Position numbers and translations under genes: made by a program. A DNA stretch of 64,000 bases from Eledone cirrhosa (lineage: Eukaryota), in contig OZ024743.1 in NCBI GenBank assembly GCA_964016885.1, positions 158,782,001 to 158,846,000 on the forward strand. Reading direction: 5' to 3'. Positions 46,401 through 58,523 of the stretch are shown one piece after another. The notes beneath the pieces are model-generated. The model saw nothing but the letters and a program-made list of their open reading frames with translations. It had not been told where the DNA came from and made no database searches. The stretch's first letter is position 1. Each line of letters opens with the position of its first letter.

Positions 46401-49276
46401 GCACTTTAGTTAAACAGCACTTGACAGGGGCCATTGTCAACAACAGATGGTGGTACTCTCTCAAGAGGGCAGTTAGATTAGACTCGATAGTTTTTAGTAA
46501 AGAATTAGCGTTAGATAGAAATAGAACCGAGAAGGAACTGGTAGATAAAGTAGAAGAGGAAATTAGAAGTGGCAACGTAGCCAGCGTGCTAGCAACGAGA
46601 ACGGCCTTGGACCAGTTCTTCGACGCAAAGCACGAGGGCTGCGTTGTCAGAAGCAAAATACGTGCTCTGGGAAACGAGGGAGCCAAAGCTGTTAGCTGGA
46701 CCCGAGTGACGGAGGCAAAAAGTGGCAACAAGTCCACGATTCGGTCTTTGAAGGACCAAAACGGACGCGTGATACGTGAGCCGAAGCAGATGTGTGCGGC
46801 TTTTCAGCGGCACTTTGCTCGGCTGTTCAGGGGGGGGGGGACAGGCTATGGATTTCGGTCCATACCTCGACGGCCTACCGCGACTCTCGGACAGCGAGGC
46901 AAAGTTCTGCGAAAAGCCGATTTCAGCCACTGAGATAGGGGACGTGCTGAGCCAATGCGGCAAACGCAAATCTCCAGGTCTCGACGGTCTACCCTACGTA
47001 TTTTACGTAGCAATGCCGGACTTATTCTCCGGTCTCCTGGAAGCGGTCTACTGCAACTGGCAACAGAACGGGAGAATTCCCAGTTCTGTAGCCGGGGGCG
47101 TGGTCACACTAATCAGGAAGGACGAGAATAAGGGGGATGACATAGGCAACTTCCGGCCCATAACTCTGCTAAACACAGAGTTACAGATTTTGGCCAAGGT
47201 GTTGGCAAAGAGGCTGGCGCTTGTCGTCGAGAACCTGGTGGGAGAAGCGCAGACATGCGCAATCCCGACCAGGTCCATACACGACAACCTCCACCTCATG
47301 CGATACATCATAGAGAGGGTAGGGTGTAAACGCGGCTTCGGTGGGGCCCTGATCAACTTGGATCAGTCTAAGGCTTTCGATAGGGTTGACCATCGTTACC
47401 TGGATGCAGTGCTCGAGGCGGCAGGCTTCGGACCCGTGTTCAGGGGCTGGATTGCTGCAATGCACAACAGCAACATCTGCTCAAGGGTCAAGGTGAACGG
47501 CTACCTCTCGGAGCCGTTCCATATTACGCGATCCATTCGACAGGGATGCCCTCTCTCCTATCTTCTGTACGTACTGACTCTCGAGCCACTACTGCGGAAG
47601 CTGGAGCTATTGCAGGGCATCCATCTGGAACCGGGACTGCGAAAAGCGGCGTCGGCCTACGCCGACGACGTGACAGTAATGGTGTCGAGCGCCTCGCAAA
47701 TCGAGGAAGTCGGCACCTTACTGAAGGAATACGAAAGTCTCACAGGAGCGAAGCTGAACCAGGACAAGTCCATCGGTTTGCAACTCGGATCGTGGAGAGG
47801 CAGACCGATGCCTTCCGATAGCGTCGTCGGACGCTGGACGGAAGGACCGGTAAAGCTGCTCGGGGTCTGGTTTGGTCCGGACCTCCAGGTGGAGAAGAAC
47901 TGGAACGAAGTGACGGCCAAGGTGTTTGCACTCACCCAGAAGTGGGCCGAGTGCAAACTATCCTTGAAAGATCGAGCGGAGGTGGCGAACACTTTTATAG
48001 CGTCCGCCATCTACTACCGCTTGACCGTCGTGCCTTGTCCTGCCAAAACGCTCGCCAAAATGGAGCGCGCGCTCTTCCGATTCCTTTGGAAGAGGCGGGC
48101 TCCTTTGGTGAGAAGATCCATCTGCTGCCAACACCCTTCTAACGGAGGGCTGGGGATGCCGTGGTTGACGGTGCGCAAACACGCGCTCAGGCTATGGCAT
48201 CTCTACGTATTCCTCACCGGACAACCGGTGTGGGCCCCGTTCGTGAGGCAAGCCTTCCCACGACTCATCTCGCTGACCGAGCTGCAGTCCTGGGACAAGC
48301 AAAGACCGACGAAAATGGGCGACTGGCACATCGAATGTGCTCAGGCGCTCACAGCGCTCTGGCAGGAGGACCCGGCGATCAGTGGAGACTCCACTTCGTC
48401 ATTCTATAGAGGGTTGATCCGCAGCAAGTGCGACGACGCGCTCGGTGAAACTCTAGGCGTAGAGGAAGATGAACTGGCCAGTCTGTTCGGTAGGACCTTC
48501 CGCCCGGGACCGATGGACAACTTCCAAAAGTCCCTGGCCTGGCAGTGCTACCGAGGAGCTCTACCAGTTCGAGACAAGGTCTACAGACATAGGCGCCCGG
48601 GCAGGGACCCTGCAAAAAAGATCTGTCCGAGGTGCGTGCGAGACGAAGAAACCATCGCGCACGCATTCATACACTGCGCGGGCGTCACTGACCTGTGGGG
48701 CTATGTAGAACGACTATTGTCGCGGGTGGGACCAATCCAGTTGACCACCGAGTCCATTGTCATGATCAAACCGCCACCCTCCTTCAAAAACGAAGGAGAG
48801 GCGGTTTTCCTTTGTGTGATAGCTATGGCGAAAGAGGTTGTATGGTGGACAAGGTTGAAAGGGCTGAGGTCAGATACCTTTCTCTCCGGCCAACAACTGA
48901 TTCTTTTTTTCAAATACCACTTTGGAAGAAGAATCAGGATGGAGAGAGAGGTGCTGTACCCCAGCAAGTTTTATGAAAGGTGGGTGAAAGTGGCGAGAAT
49001 GGCCCGAGTGAATGGGCCTTCTCTCTATATCAGCCTCTGGGTTGAGGAAAAGGAGGAGGAGAGGAAAGGAGTACAAACTCTTCGTACTCCTGGAGATGAG
49101 GGTTGCACATTTTTTCGGGGGTATGTGTTACCCATGTAAACTGTCTCCCTCTATTGGGGAAAATCGACTAACTTTTTAAATTCCATTTGTGATAACATTT
49201 TACACGTTTTTATTGTATGTAAACTTCCCCCTTTGTATTTGTCCCCTTCTTTTGTGCCCCTGTGGCTAATAAAGAA

Positions 49277-49372
<96 letters not shown>

Positions 49373-49375
49373 CTC
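43446..49375 (+). mobile_element. Tx1-like LINE unit 2 (beta), full-length, disrupted
   Basis: ORF1 from 43663 (CYHCFSRGHLRASC), ORF2 from 45611 with stop at 46262-46264 and G-run frameshift near 46835; RT QGCPLS/AYADD; natural stop read as TGG 49038-49040; AATAAA 49268. Confidence 0.95.
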
Positions 49376-52300
49376 TGACGTGTGGAACATCGCCGGTAAG
49401 TTTTTTGTTAATTTCTATGCAAAAAACCGATCTAATTGTTTGAAAAAATACAACACTTTGTAGATTAACCCCCAAGCTGAATTGTCAGCTGGGTGGTAAT
49501 CCCATTTTTCGCCCCTGTAGGGGCGAACATTTTATTTTAAAAATTTGTTTTAAAATATCAGATTTTACAAAGTAAAAAACTTGAGCAACACTAGAACGCT
49601 GGAGAACGTTAATAGAGAAAAGAGAGAGAAATCGGCAGATATTAACCTTATATCTGCTGCTACTATGGACGTAGCCATAGATACAACTGTCACAAAAGAA
49701 AAAAATATATTAACATTTGAAAATTTTACAATTTCTACCGCCGAAGCGGAGAAAAATGACAATAACACACAGGAAAACACAGCAAAAAAACCCATTGACA
49801 TACATACGCATGAAAAAGACATCAAAAACTCTACAGATACATCTACACATAAAGTTTCACCTCGACAAGGAACTGAAATTTCCAACAACGATAACAACAT
49901 CATCAACAGCAACACCACACAAAAAAAGAAAATGTCTTTCGCTGAATCAGTGATCAAAAAACAAGATTTTATAAATCTTGATATCTCCAACGCAAGAGAT
50001 ATGCTCCAGCAAGGGAGAAAATTTGTAACTTTCGAAGAAAGAAGTGGGTTTAGAATTAACTCACCCCTTGAAATAAAGGAAGACACAAACCGCAGATCAG
50101 TCACTTTTCGGTCTGTGTCAAATTCGACAAGAAAGCCGACATTTGTTAATCAAGCAGATATAGAAGATTCTTTCAAGGAAATTCTAGCAAATGTCGATTT
50201 TCTCCAGCGAGGAAAACAGTACGGAAGTGTTTCCGTACTGTTTAAAAGCGAGGCACTCGCCCCAAAAAACTATGTGACACCAATAGTGTCAAAAGCATAC
50301 ACCTTTTTCCCTACATACATGGGGAAAAGGACACAAAAAATAAAAATAAAAAACATACCTCCAAACATTAACATCTGGTGGATCATGGCTGGCTTCGTAG
50401 AGCCAGAAACAGACATAATACTTTCGATACGAAAATCTATTCGACAAAGGTGGGCGGGCACAGATTTGGAGATTCTGTTGCAAATGAAACCGGAGAGAAT
50501 CTCCAAAATACCCGAAAGAGTCGTTATTGATAATAACAACAAAATAAACATTTCGGTAGAAGGACGAACATTTCATTGCTTTCGCTGTGGTAGCACAGCT
50601 CACCTAAAAGCCTCTTGTCCACAAACACACAACAACAACGTCATAAAAAAAAACGCTATTACCAACACCAACACCAAAACAACCACCACCAACACAAGTA
50701 CAACGACAGACGAAACGAGCAACCACACCAAAACAAACAGACACTCAACCAACAACAACAGAAAAAACAGAGACAACACCCCTGAAGAACACTTCCCCAC
50801 TCCATCCCACTCCATCAAACACTACCACAAACACACATACCGAAACACCACCACCACCACACAACATACCCTTACCCCACACACCTGACGATGATTATTC
50901 AAAGACGGATGAGGCTGCTTCTCCTTCTTTAAGTGAAGAAGAGGGAGAACCGCGGAAATCTAAAAAAACAAAAAAAGAGACACCAAAAAAACCCCCAAAA
51001 CTCCAATCAGCAACACCAACACACAACCACAGACACAAACAACAACACAAACAACACCACAGTCAAACATCCCCTTACCAGCAAACCTAACACCAACACC
51101 ACCCCAAACACAAGCACCCACCATACAAAGAAAACTCCCGGATGTACAACAAACTAAAACAACACAACAAAAACACAAACAACAATACGCATACATCAAC
51201 ACAAACAACAAGAGTTTGATGGAGGTAATCTCCCAAAACCCCAAGGTGGAGATGGAGGGCAAAACTTTCGTCAAGGCAGAATCGTCTCCACACCTTAAAC
51301 TTATAAGGGTTTCTATGGAAACCTATAAAGACCTAAAATAAATTTTCACAGGACGTGGGCAACCCCTTCCACAAACCCATCAACCGCGTCCTGTTGAAAT
51401 GCTTCCCCACCCACCCATCACCCCATCCAGCACCCAAATGGAGATTGAACAACCCGATCTCCAGGAAACGAAAAGGTAAGTGCACCTTTCGTCCTTTTTC
51501 TCCAACTTTTCTTCACCAACATGGCTGGTTTACGAGTTAGAACCGTGAATGTGCGTGGCCTAGGGATGCCCTGGAAACAGGGCCAACTTTTAAACGACCT
51601 TAGGTCACACAGTATGGATGTGATAGCCATCACCGAGTCCAGGATCCACAACAGGCAGCAACTAACCCCTATCTTCGACGACTTTGAGATCTACGCATCT
51701 CTCTGTCAGCCAGGAAGTGGAGGTGGAGTGGCTGTTATGTTTCGGAAGAACCTGGACGTCGGAGTACACTTGGACCCGGAGGGTAGACTGGTAGTCCTAG
51801 ACGTGAACAATATCGGAGGTGGAGCCTTCAGACTGGTGGCCGTTTATGCCCCGACCGGGCAATCGCAATCACGGCCAGACTTCTTTAAGCGTCTAGAGTC
51901 TTTTCTGGGAACGTCTCGCTCCTTACTTTTAGTGGGCGACTGGAATGGTATCCTAGATGCACGATGGGACTATGTGGGAGCATGTCCCAGTAGAGTGGGG
52001 TGCAACAGCCTCAAAACTTTAATCGGCCAATTCCAACTGGCCGATAGGCATCGACTGGATTTCCCGACTGCACCACAGTGGACGTGGGTAAACCGCAGTG
52101 GGACATCTAGATCGTATTTAGATAGGTTCTTCATTAGAGAAAGGGACAAGGAGATGTTAAGCTGTCCACGAATGCACATGGTTGCCTATTCAGATCACAA
52201 GTTAGTTGTTTGCTTAGTCAACCGTGATAGAATACATAGACAGGGTCCCGGATACTGGAAGCTGAACGTGTCGTTGCCGGCACGTAAAGCTTACAGTGAA

Positions 52301-55148
52301 CGGATAAGTAGACTAGTCAAGCAACAGTTAACGGGAGCCATCGTCAACAATAGATGGTGGTACTCTCTCAAGAAAGCAATTAGAATAGAATCGATAGGGT
52401 ATAGCAGAGAGTTAGCCTTAGAGAAAAATAGAATAGAAAGAGAACTAGTAGTCAAGGTAGAGGAGGCACTTAGAAGTGGCATCGCGGCTAGAGTGTTAGC
52501 GTCGAGAACGGCACTGGACCAGTTCTTCGATGCGAAACACGAAGGCTGTGTGGTCAGAAGCAAAACACGTGCTCTAGGAAACGAAGGAGCGAAAGCTGTC
52601 AGCTGGGCCCGAGTGGCGGAGGCAAAAAGTGGCAACAAGTCCACGATTCGGTCTTTGAAAGACCAAAACGGACGCGTGCTACTTGACCCCAAGCAAATGT
52701 GCGCGGCCTTTCAGCGGCACTTTGCGCGACTGTTTGAGCAGAACGACGGTGAGCCGGACGGGGCAATGGACTTTAGTTCATATCGAAAGACCGATCACGG
52801 ACACTGAGATACGGGACGCTCGGGGCCGCTGCGGGAAACGCAAGTCACCCGGTCTAGATGGTCTACCCTACGAATTTTACATAGGCATGCCGGACTTGTT
52901 CTCTGGCGTCCTCGAAGCCGTCTACTGCAATTGGCAGCAGAACGGGAGAATTCCCAGTTCTGCAGGCAAGGGCGTAGTAACGCTGATCAGGAAAGACGAG
53001 AACAAGGGGGACGAAATTAACAACTTCAGGCCATAATTCTGCTCAACACAGAGTTAAAGATTTTGGCCAAGGTGCTAGCGACGAGGTTGGCGCTTGTCGT
53101 CGAGAACCTGGTAGGGAAAGCGCAAACGTGTGCAATCCCGACCAGGTCCATACACGACAACCTCCACCTGATGCGATACATCATAGAGAGGGTGGGTAGT
53201 AAACCCGGCTTCGGTGGGGCTCTGATCAACTTGGATCAGTCTAAGGCATTCGATAGGGTCGACCATCGATACTTGGAAGCGGTTCTCAAGGCGGCCGGTT
53301 TCGGTCCCGTGTTCAGAGGATGGATTGAGGCGATGCACACCAGCATCTGCTCGAGGGTCAAGGTGAACGGCTACCTATCGGAGCCGTTCGCAATCACGCG
53401 TTCCATTCGACAGGGATGTCCTCTCTCCTCCATTCTGTATGTATTGACTCTAGAGCCACTACTGCGGAAATTGGAGCTGTTGCAGGGCATCCCTCTAGAA
53501 CCGGGACTACGCAAAGCGGCGTCGGCTTATGCCGACGACGTAACGGTAATGGTGTCGAGCACCTTGGAAATCGGGGTGATCGGCAACTTACTGAAAGAAT
53601 ACGAAACGCCTAACGGGAGCAAAACTAAACCCAGACAAGTCTGTCGGTTTGCAACTCGGTACGTGGAGAGGCAAACCGATGACATCCGACAGCGTCGTTG
53701 GACGCTGGACGGATGGACCGGTGAAATTGCTCGGGGTCTGATCGGTCCAGACCTCCAGGTGGAGAAAAACTGGAACGAGGTCACGGCCAAGGTGTTTGCA
53801 CTCACTCAGAAGTGGGTAGAGTGCAAACTGTCCTTGAAAGGTCGAGCGGAGGTGGCGAACACTTTCATAGCGTCCGTCATCTACTACCGCTTGACTGTCG
53901 TGCCTTGTCCCCGTGAACACCTCGCCAAGATGGAACGCATGCTCTTCCAGTTTCTGTGGAAGAAGCAGGCTCCGCTGGTGAGGAGATCGGTCTGCTGTCA
54001 GCACCCTTCCAACGGAGGGCTGGGAATGCCGTGGCTGATGATGCGCAAACATGCGCTGAGGTTGCGGCATCTCCAGGTATTCCTCACCGACCCCCCAACC
54101 GGTGTGGGCACCGTTTGTGAGACAGGCTTTCCCACAGCTCGTCTCGCTAACGGAGCTGCAGTCCTGGGTGAAGAAAAGACCTAAAACGATGGGCGCCTGG
54201 CACATTGAATGCGCTCAGGCGCTCACAGTCCTCTGGCAAGCGGGCGCAGCAATCAGTGGAGACTCCACTTCGACATTCTATAGAGGGATTGTACGTTACA
54301 AGGGCGACGACGTGCTCGGAGAGACTCTGGGCGTCGAAGACGATGAGCTCACCAGTCTGTTTGGTAGGACTTTCCGCCCGGGACCTATGGACAACTTCCA
54401 GAGGTCCCTGGCCTGGCGGTGCTACCGAGGAGCTCTACCGGTTCGTGACAAGATCTACAGGCACGGACGCCCTGGCAGGGATCCTTCCAAGAGGACGTGT
54501 CCAAGATGTGCGCAGGACATTGAAACAGTTCTGCACGCAATTGTACACTTCCCGGGCGTAAGCGACCTGTGGAACTATGCAGAACAACTGATGTCGCGTA
54601 TGGGACAAATCCAGTTGACTGCCGAGTCCATAGTAAGGATCAAACCGCCAGACTCTTTCAAAAACGAAAGAGAAGTGGTTTTGCTCTGTACGGTGGCTAT
54701 GGTGAAAGAAGTTATATGGTGGACGAGGTTGAGAGGACTGAGGACAGATGCCTTTCTCTCCGGACAACAATTGATTCCCTTCTTTAAGTATCATTTTAGA
54801 AGGAGAATCAGGGTGGAGAGAGAGGCACTGCACCCCAGTAAATTTAATGAAAGGTGGGTGAATGAAGCGAAAATGGCCCGAGTGATTGGGCCTTCTCTGT
54901 TTATAAGCCTGTAGGTTGAGGAAGAGGGCAAAAGGAAGAAAGGTGCACTTGCACAACACGCTCCTGGAGTTGAGGGTTGTTCTATCGACGGGGTATTAAA
55001 CAACCCATTTGTGGCGCCTCCCCCCTATTGGGGATTTCGATTGTTGAAATTGTTTGTTTTTATATTTTTTACACGACTGTATGTAAAATCCCCGGCATGT
55101 CTTTGTATTGTCTCCTTTTCTTGTTGCGCCCTTGTGGCTAATAAAGAA

Positions 55149-55209
<61 letters not shown>
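49376..55209 (+). mobile_element. Tx1-like LINE unit 3 (alpha), full-length, disrupted
   Basis: ORF1 about 49581-51479, ORF2 51521-54914 in several frames (APE, RT, CPRC..ETVLH); AATAAA 55140; (TCTA)n to 55209. Confidence 0.95.
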
Positions 55210-56378
55210 AGAAGATCCATCTGCTGCCAACACCCTTCTAACGGAGGGCTGGGGATGCCGTGGTTGACGATGCGCAAACACGCGCTCAGGCTGCGGCATC
55301 TCTACGTATTCCTCACCGGACAACCGGTGTGGGCCCCGTTCGTGAGGCGAGCCTTCCCACGACTCGTCTCGCTGACCGAGCTGCAGTCCTGGGCCAAGCA
55401 GAGACCGAGGAAAATGGGCGACTGGCACATCGAATGTGCTCAGGCGCTCACAGCCCTCTGGCAGGCGGACCCGGCGATCAGTGGAGACTCCACTTCGTCA
55501 TTCTATAGAGGGTTGGTCCGCAGCAAGTGCGACGACGCGCTCGGTGAAACTCTAGGCGTGGAGGAAGATGAACTGGCCAGTCTGTTCGGTAGGACCTTCC
55601 GCCCGGGACCGATGGACAACTTCCAAAAGTCCCTGGCCTGGCAGTGCTACCGAGGAGCTCTACCAGTTCGAGACAAGCTCTACAGACATGGGCGCCCGGG
55701 CAGGGACCCTGCAAAAAAGATCTGTCCGAGGTGCGTGCGAGACGAAGAAACCGTCGCGCACGCATTCATACACTGCCCGGGCGTCACTGACCTGTGGGGC
55801 TATGTAGAACGACTATTGTCGCGGGTGGGACCAATCCAGTTGACCACCGAGTCCATTGTCATGATCAAACCGCCACCCTCCTTCAAAAACGAAGGAGAGG
55901 CGGTTTTCCTTTGTGTGATAGCTATGGCGAAAGAGGTTGTATGGTGGACAAGGTTGAAAGGGCTGAGGTCAGACACCTTTCTCTCCGGCCGACAACTGAT
56001 TCTTTTTTTCAAATACCACTTTGGAAGAAGAATCAGGATGGAGAGAGAGGTGCTGTACCCCAGCAAGTTTTATGAAAGGTGGGTGAAAGTGGCGAGAATG
56101 GCCCGAGTGAATGGGCCTTCTCTCTATATCAGCCTGTAGGTTGAGGAAAAGGAGGAGGAGAGGAAAGGAGTACAAGCTCTTCGTACTCCTGGAGATGAGG
56201 GTTGCACATTTTTTTCGGGGGTCTGTGTTACCCATATAAACTGTCTCCCTCTATTGGGGAAAATCGACTAACTTTTAAATTCCATCTGTGATAACATTTT
56301 ACACGTTTTTATTGTATGTAAACTTCCCCCTTTGTATTTGTCCCCTTCTTTTGTGCCCCTGTGGCTAATAAAGAAATA

Positions 56379-56424
<46 letters not shown>

Positions 56425-56487
56425 AATATATCTATCTATCTATCTATCTATCTATCGATCTATCTATCTATCTATCTATCTATCTCT
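55210..56487 (+). mobile_element. Tx1-like LINE unit 4 (beta), 5'-truncated
   Basis: Starts at RRSICCQHP, nearly identical to 48111-49277; TAG 56137-56139; AATAAA 56367. Confidence 0.95.
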
Positions 56488-56701
56488 GGGATGGACACAC
56501 GCGTATAACTTGCTGAGTAAGTTCTGTTTAAATTTCTATAGAAATTCTTGTCTGATAACTTTAATTTTTGTACCATTTTGTAGAGGGACTGCCAGGTCAA
56601 ACTTTGATCTGGTCAGTCTCTCAAAATATTCTACGCCTTTAGGCGAAATAGTTAAACAAAAAAAAAAGTTTTTTCTTGTTGAAAAGTCAATATTTTTTTA
56701 A

Positions 56702-58499
56702 ATGGCCGAAGCTTCTTCACCAAAATTCGAAGGAGGAAAGGGGAAGATGAACTTACAGCTTCCCCCTGCCACTGTCACAGTAGCAGAGGTCAAGAAGAAA
56801 GGTCAGCCAGAGGAAGAATTCTCTCCACCTGTTAACCGACAACTTGACGTTGCCATGGCAACAACCCAAAGAACCAGCAGCAACAGCAACAACAACAACA
56901 ATGCGACGGACGAAAACAACACCAATAACAATAACAATAACAACAACAACAAGACCAATAACGGTGACAACAACAACAATGATAACAACAACAACACCAC
57001 CAACGACAACCACAACACAAACAAACAAAATTTCTCCTTCGCCGAGACGACAAGGAAAACCCTCGACTATCTGCCAGTAGATATAAGAAAAGCGAAGGAA
57101 CTACTGGCGGATGCGAAAAAAATATATAGTGTACGGGGAAAATGGTTCATTCACAATCCATTCCCCCCCGGAACTAAAAAGCCAGAGACTCCTAAACACG
57201 GTCATGTTTAGGACAATCTCGAACAAAAGTAAAAAACCAGCTCAACCATCACAGAGCGAGATAGAGCTGGTTTTAAAATACGTCATGAAGGACATCACCT
57301 TCATTCAGAAGGATAGACTCTACGGGAGTCTATCCATTCTCATGAAGGACAGGGACACAGCAGTGAAACTGTCCATCAAACCAATCACATCCACCGCATA
57401 CACCTTCTACCCTACGTACATGGGTAGAAGAACACAAAAAATAAAAATCCACACCATCCTGCCGATTATGGACATATGGTGGGTTTTGACAGGTTTTCTG
57501 GACCTGGAGGATGACATGCTGGTGTCCATGGGAAAGGCATCGGGTGACGCGTTCAGTGGAACGAGCCTCGAACTTGTAGTTCAAATGAGGCCCGAAAGGA
57601 TCGCCCAGATCCCTGAACGCGTCATACTGGATGATCTAACCTTCATCAACATTACCGTTGAGGGTAGACGGCCCTCGTGTTACCTCTGCGGAACCAGAGG
57701 TCACCTGAGGGCTGTCTGTCCCCAACTTAATAAGAAAACCCCAATCCTGCCTACACCACCAACAACTGCACAGCCAACACAATCACCACAACTACCACTA
57801 CAAAAACAACCACCACAGCTCAAACCAAAACAAAACAATGTCCAACCCATCCCCTCCACTCAAAAAACAAAAACAATTTCCAAAACACCCGTACCGCAAA
57901 CACAACCCGAAAATATACCCCTCCCCTCCAACGCGGAAGATGACCCTAGTTCGTCGTCAGACGAGGAGGAGCACTTCCACACAATCAAAAGAAAAAAAAG
58001 AAAACACACCTCAGACACACAAATGAAAAAAACCCCTCCCCAAAACATAACACTGACACCAACACAAAAGAGCTCACAACAACAGCAAACAAAAAACACC
58101 ACACAAAAACAAAAACATGCATACACATACATAAATACAAGAAACAAAAAACTGTTAAACATTGTGTACAACAACAATCTAATAAAAACACAAGGGCCTA
58201 ACTTCACCCAGGCAGGGGATTTCCCCCACCTCAAAATGATTAAGGCCCCACAGGACACCTATAAAACTTTAAAAAACAATTTTAAAGAGGACGTGGGTCC
58301 CCCCTGCGTCGGGCCCATTAACCGCGTCCTCCTAAAAAACTATCCCACCCCCTCCCCAAACACCCACACAACTCCAAGCTCCCCAACCACACAACACACT
58401 GATGCCCCCACACATCCACAAACCACCACCCCACCCAACAACCCATCCCCCACCCTAATGGAAATTGTGCAGCCCGATACCCGGGACGCAGAGAGGTAA
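56702..58499 (+). CDS. Tx1 ORF1 (nucleic-acid-binding protein, one CCHC knuckle); one extra A in the A7 run at 57116-57122
   Basis: ORFs 56702-57211 and 57111-58499 join as LLADAKK/YIVYGENGSF (beta: LLKDAKRYVTFEKNGAF); CYLCGTRGHLRAVC; 598 aa if one A is removed. Confidence 0.85.
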
Positions 58500-58523
58500 G
58501 TGCCTTTTCTCTTCACCACCAAC

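Noticed and set aside
47048-49076. Recurrent antisense and alternate-frame ORFs inside Tx1 ORF2
   Set aside because: Expected in GC-rich coding DNA and repeated only because the copies are homologous
49038-49139. C-terminal extension of ORF2 in unit 2
   Set aside because: Copy-specific TAG-to-TGG change; sister beta copies at 56137 and 63397 keep TAG
49376-49530. HDV-like ribozyme in the Tx1 5'UTR (GGGGCGAA resembles P4-J4/2)
   Set aside because: Could not build the P1/P2/P3/P1.1 double pseudoknot by eye; reported only as conserved hairpins
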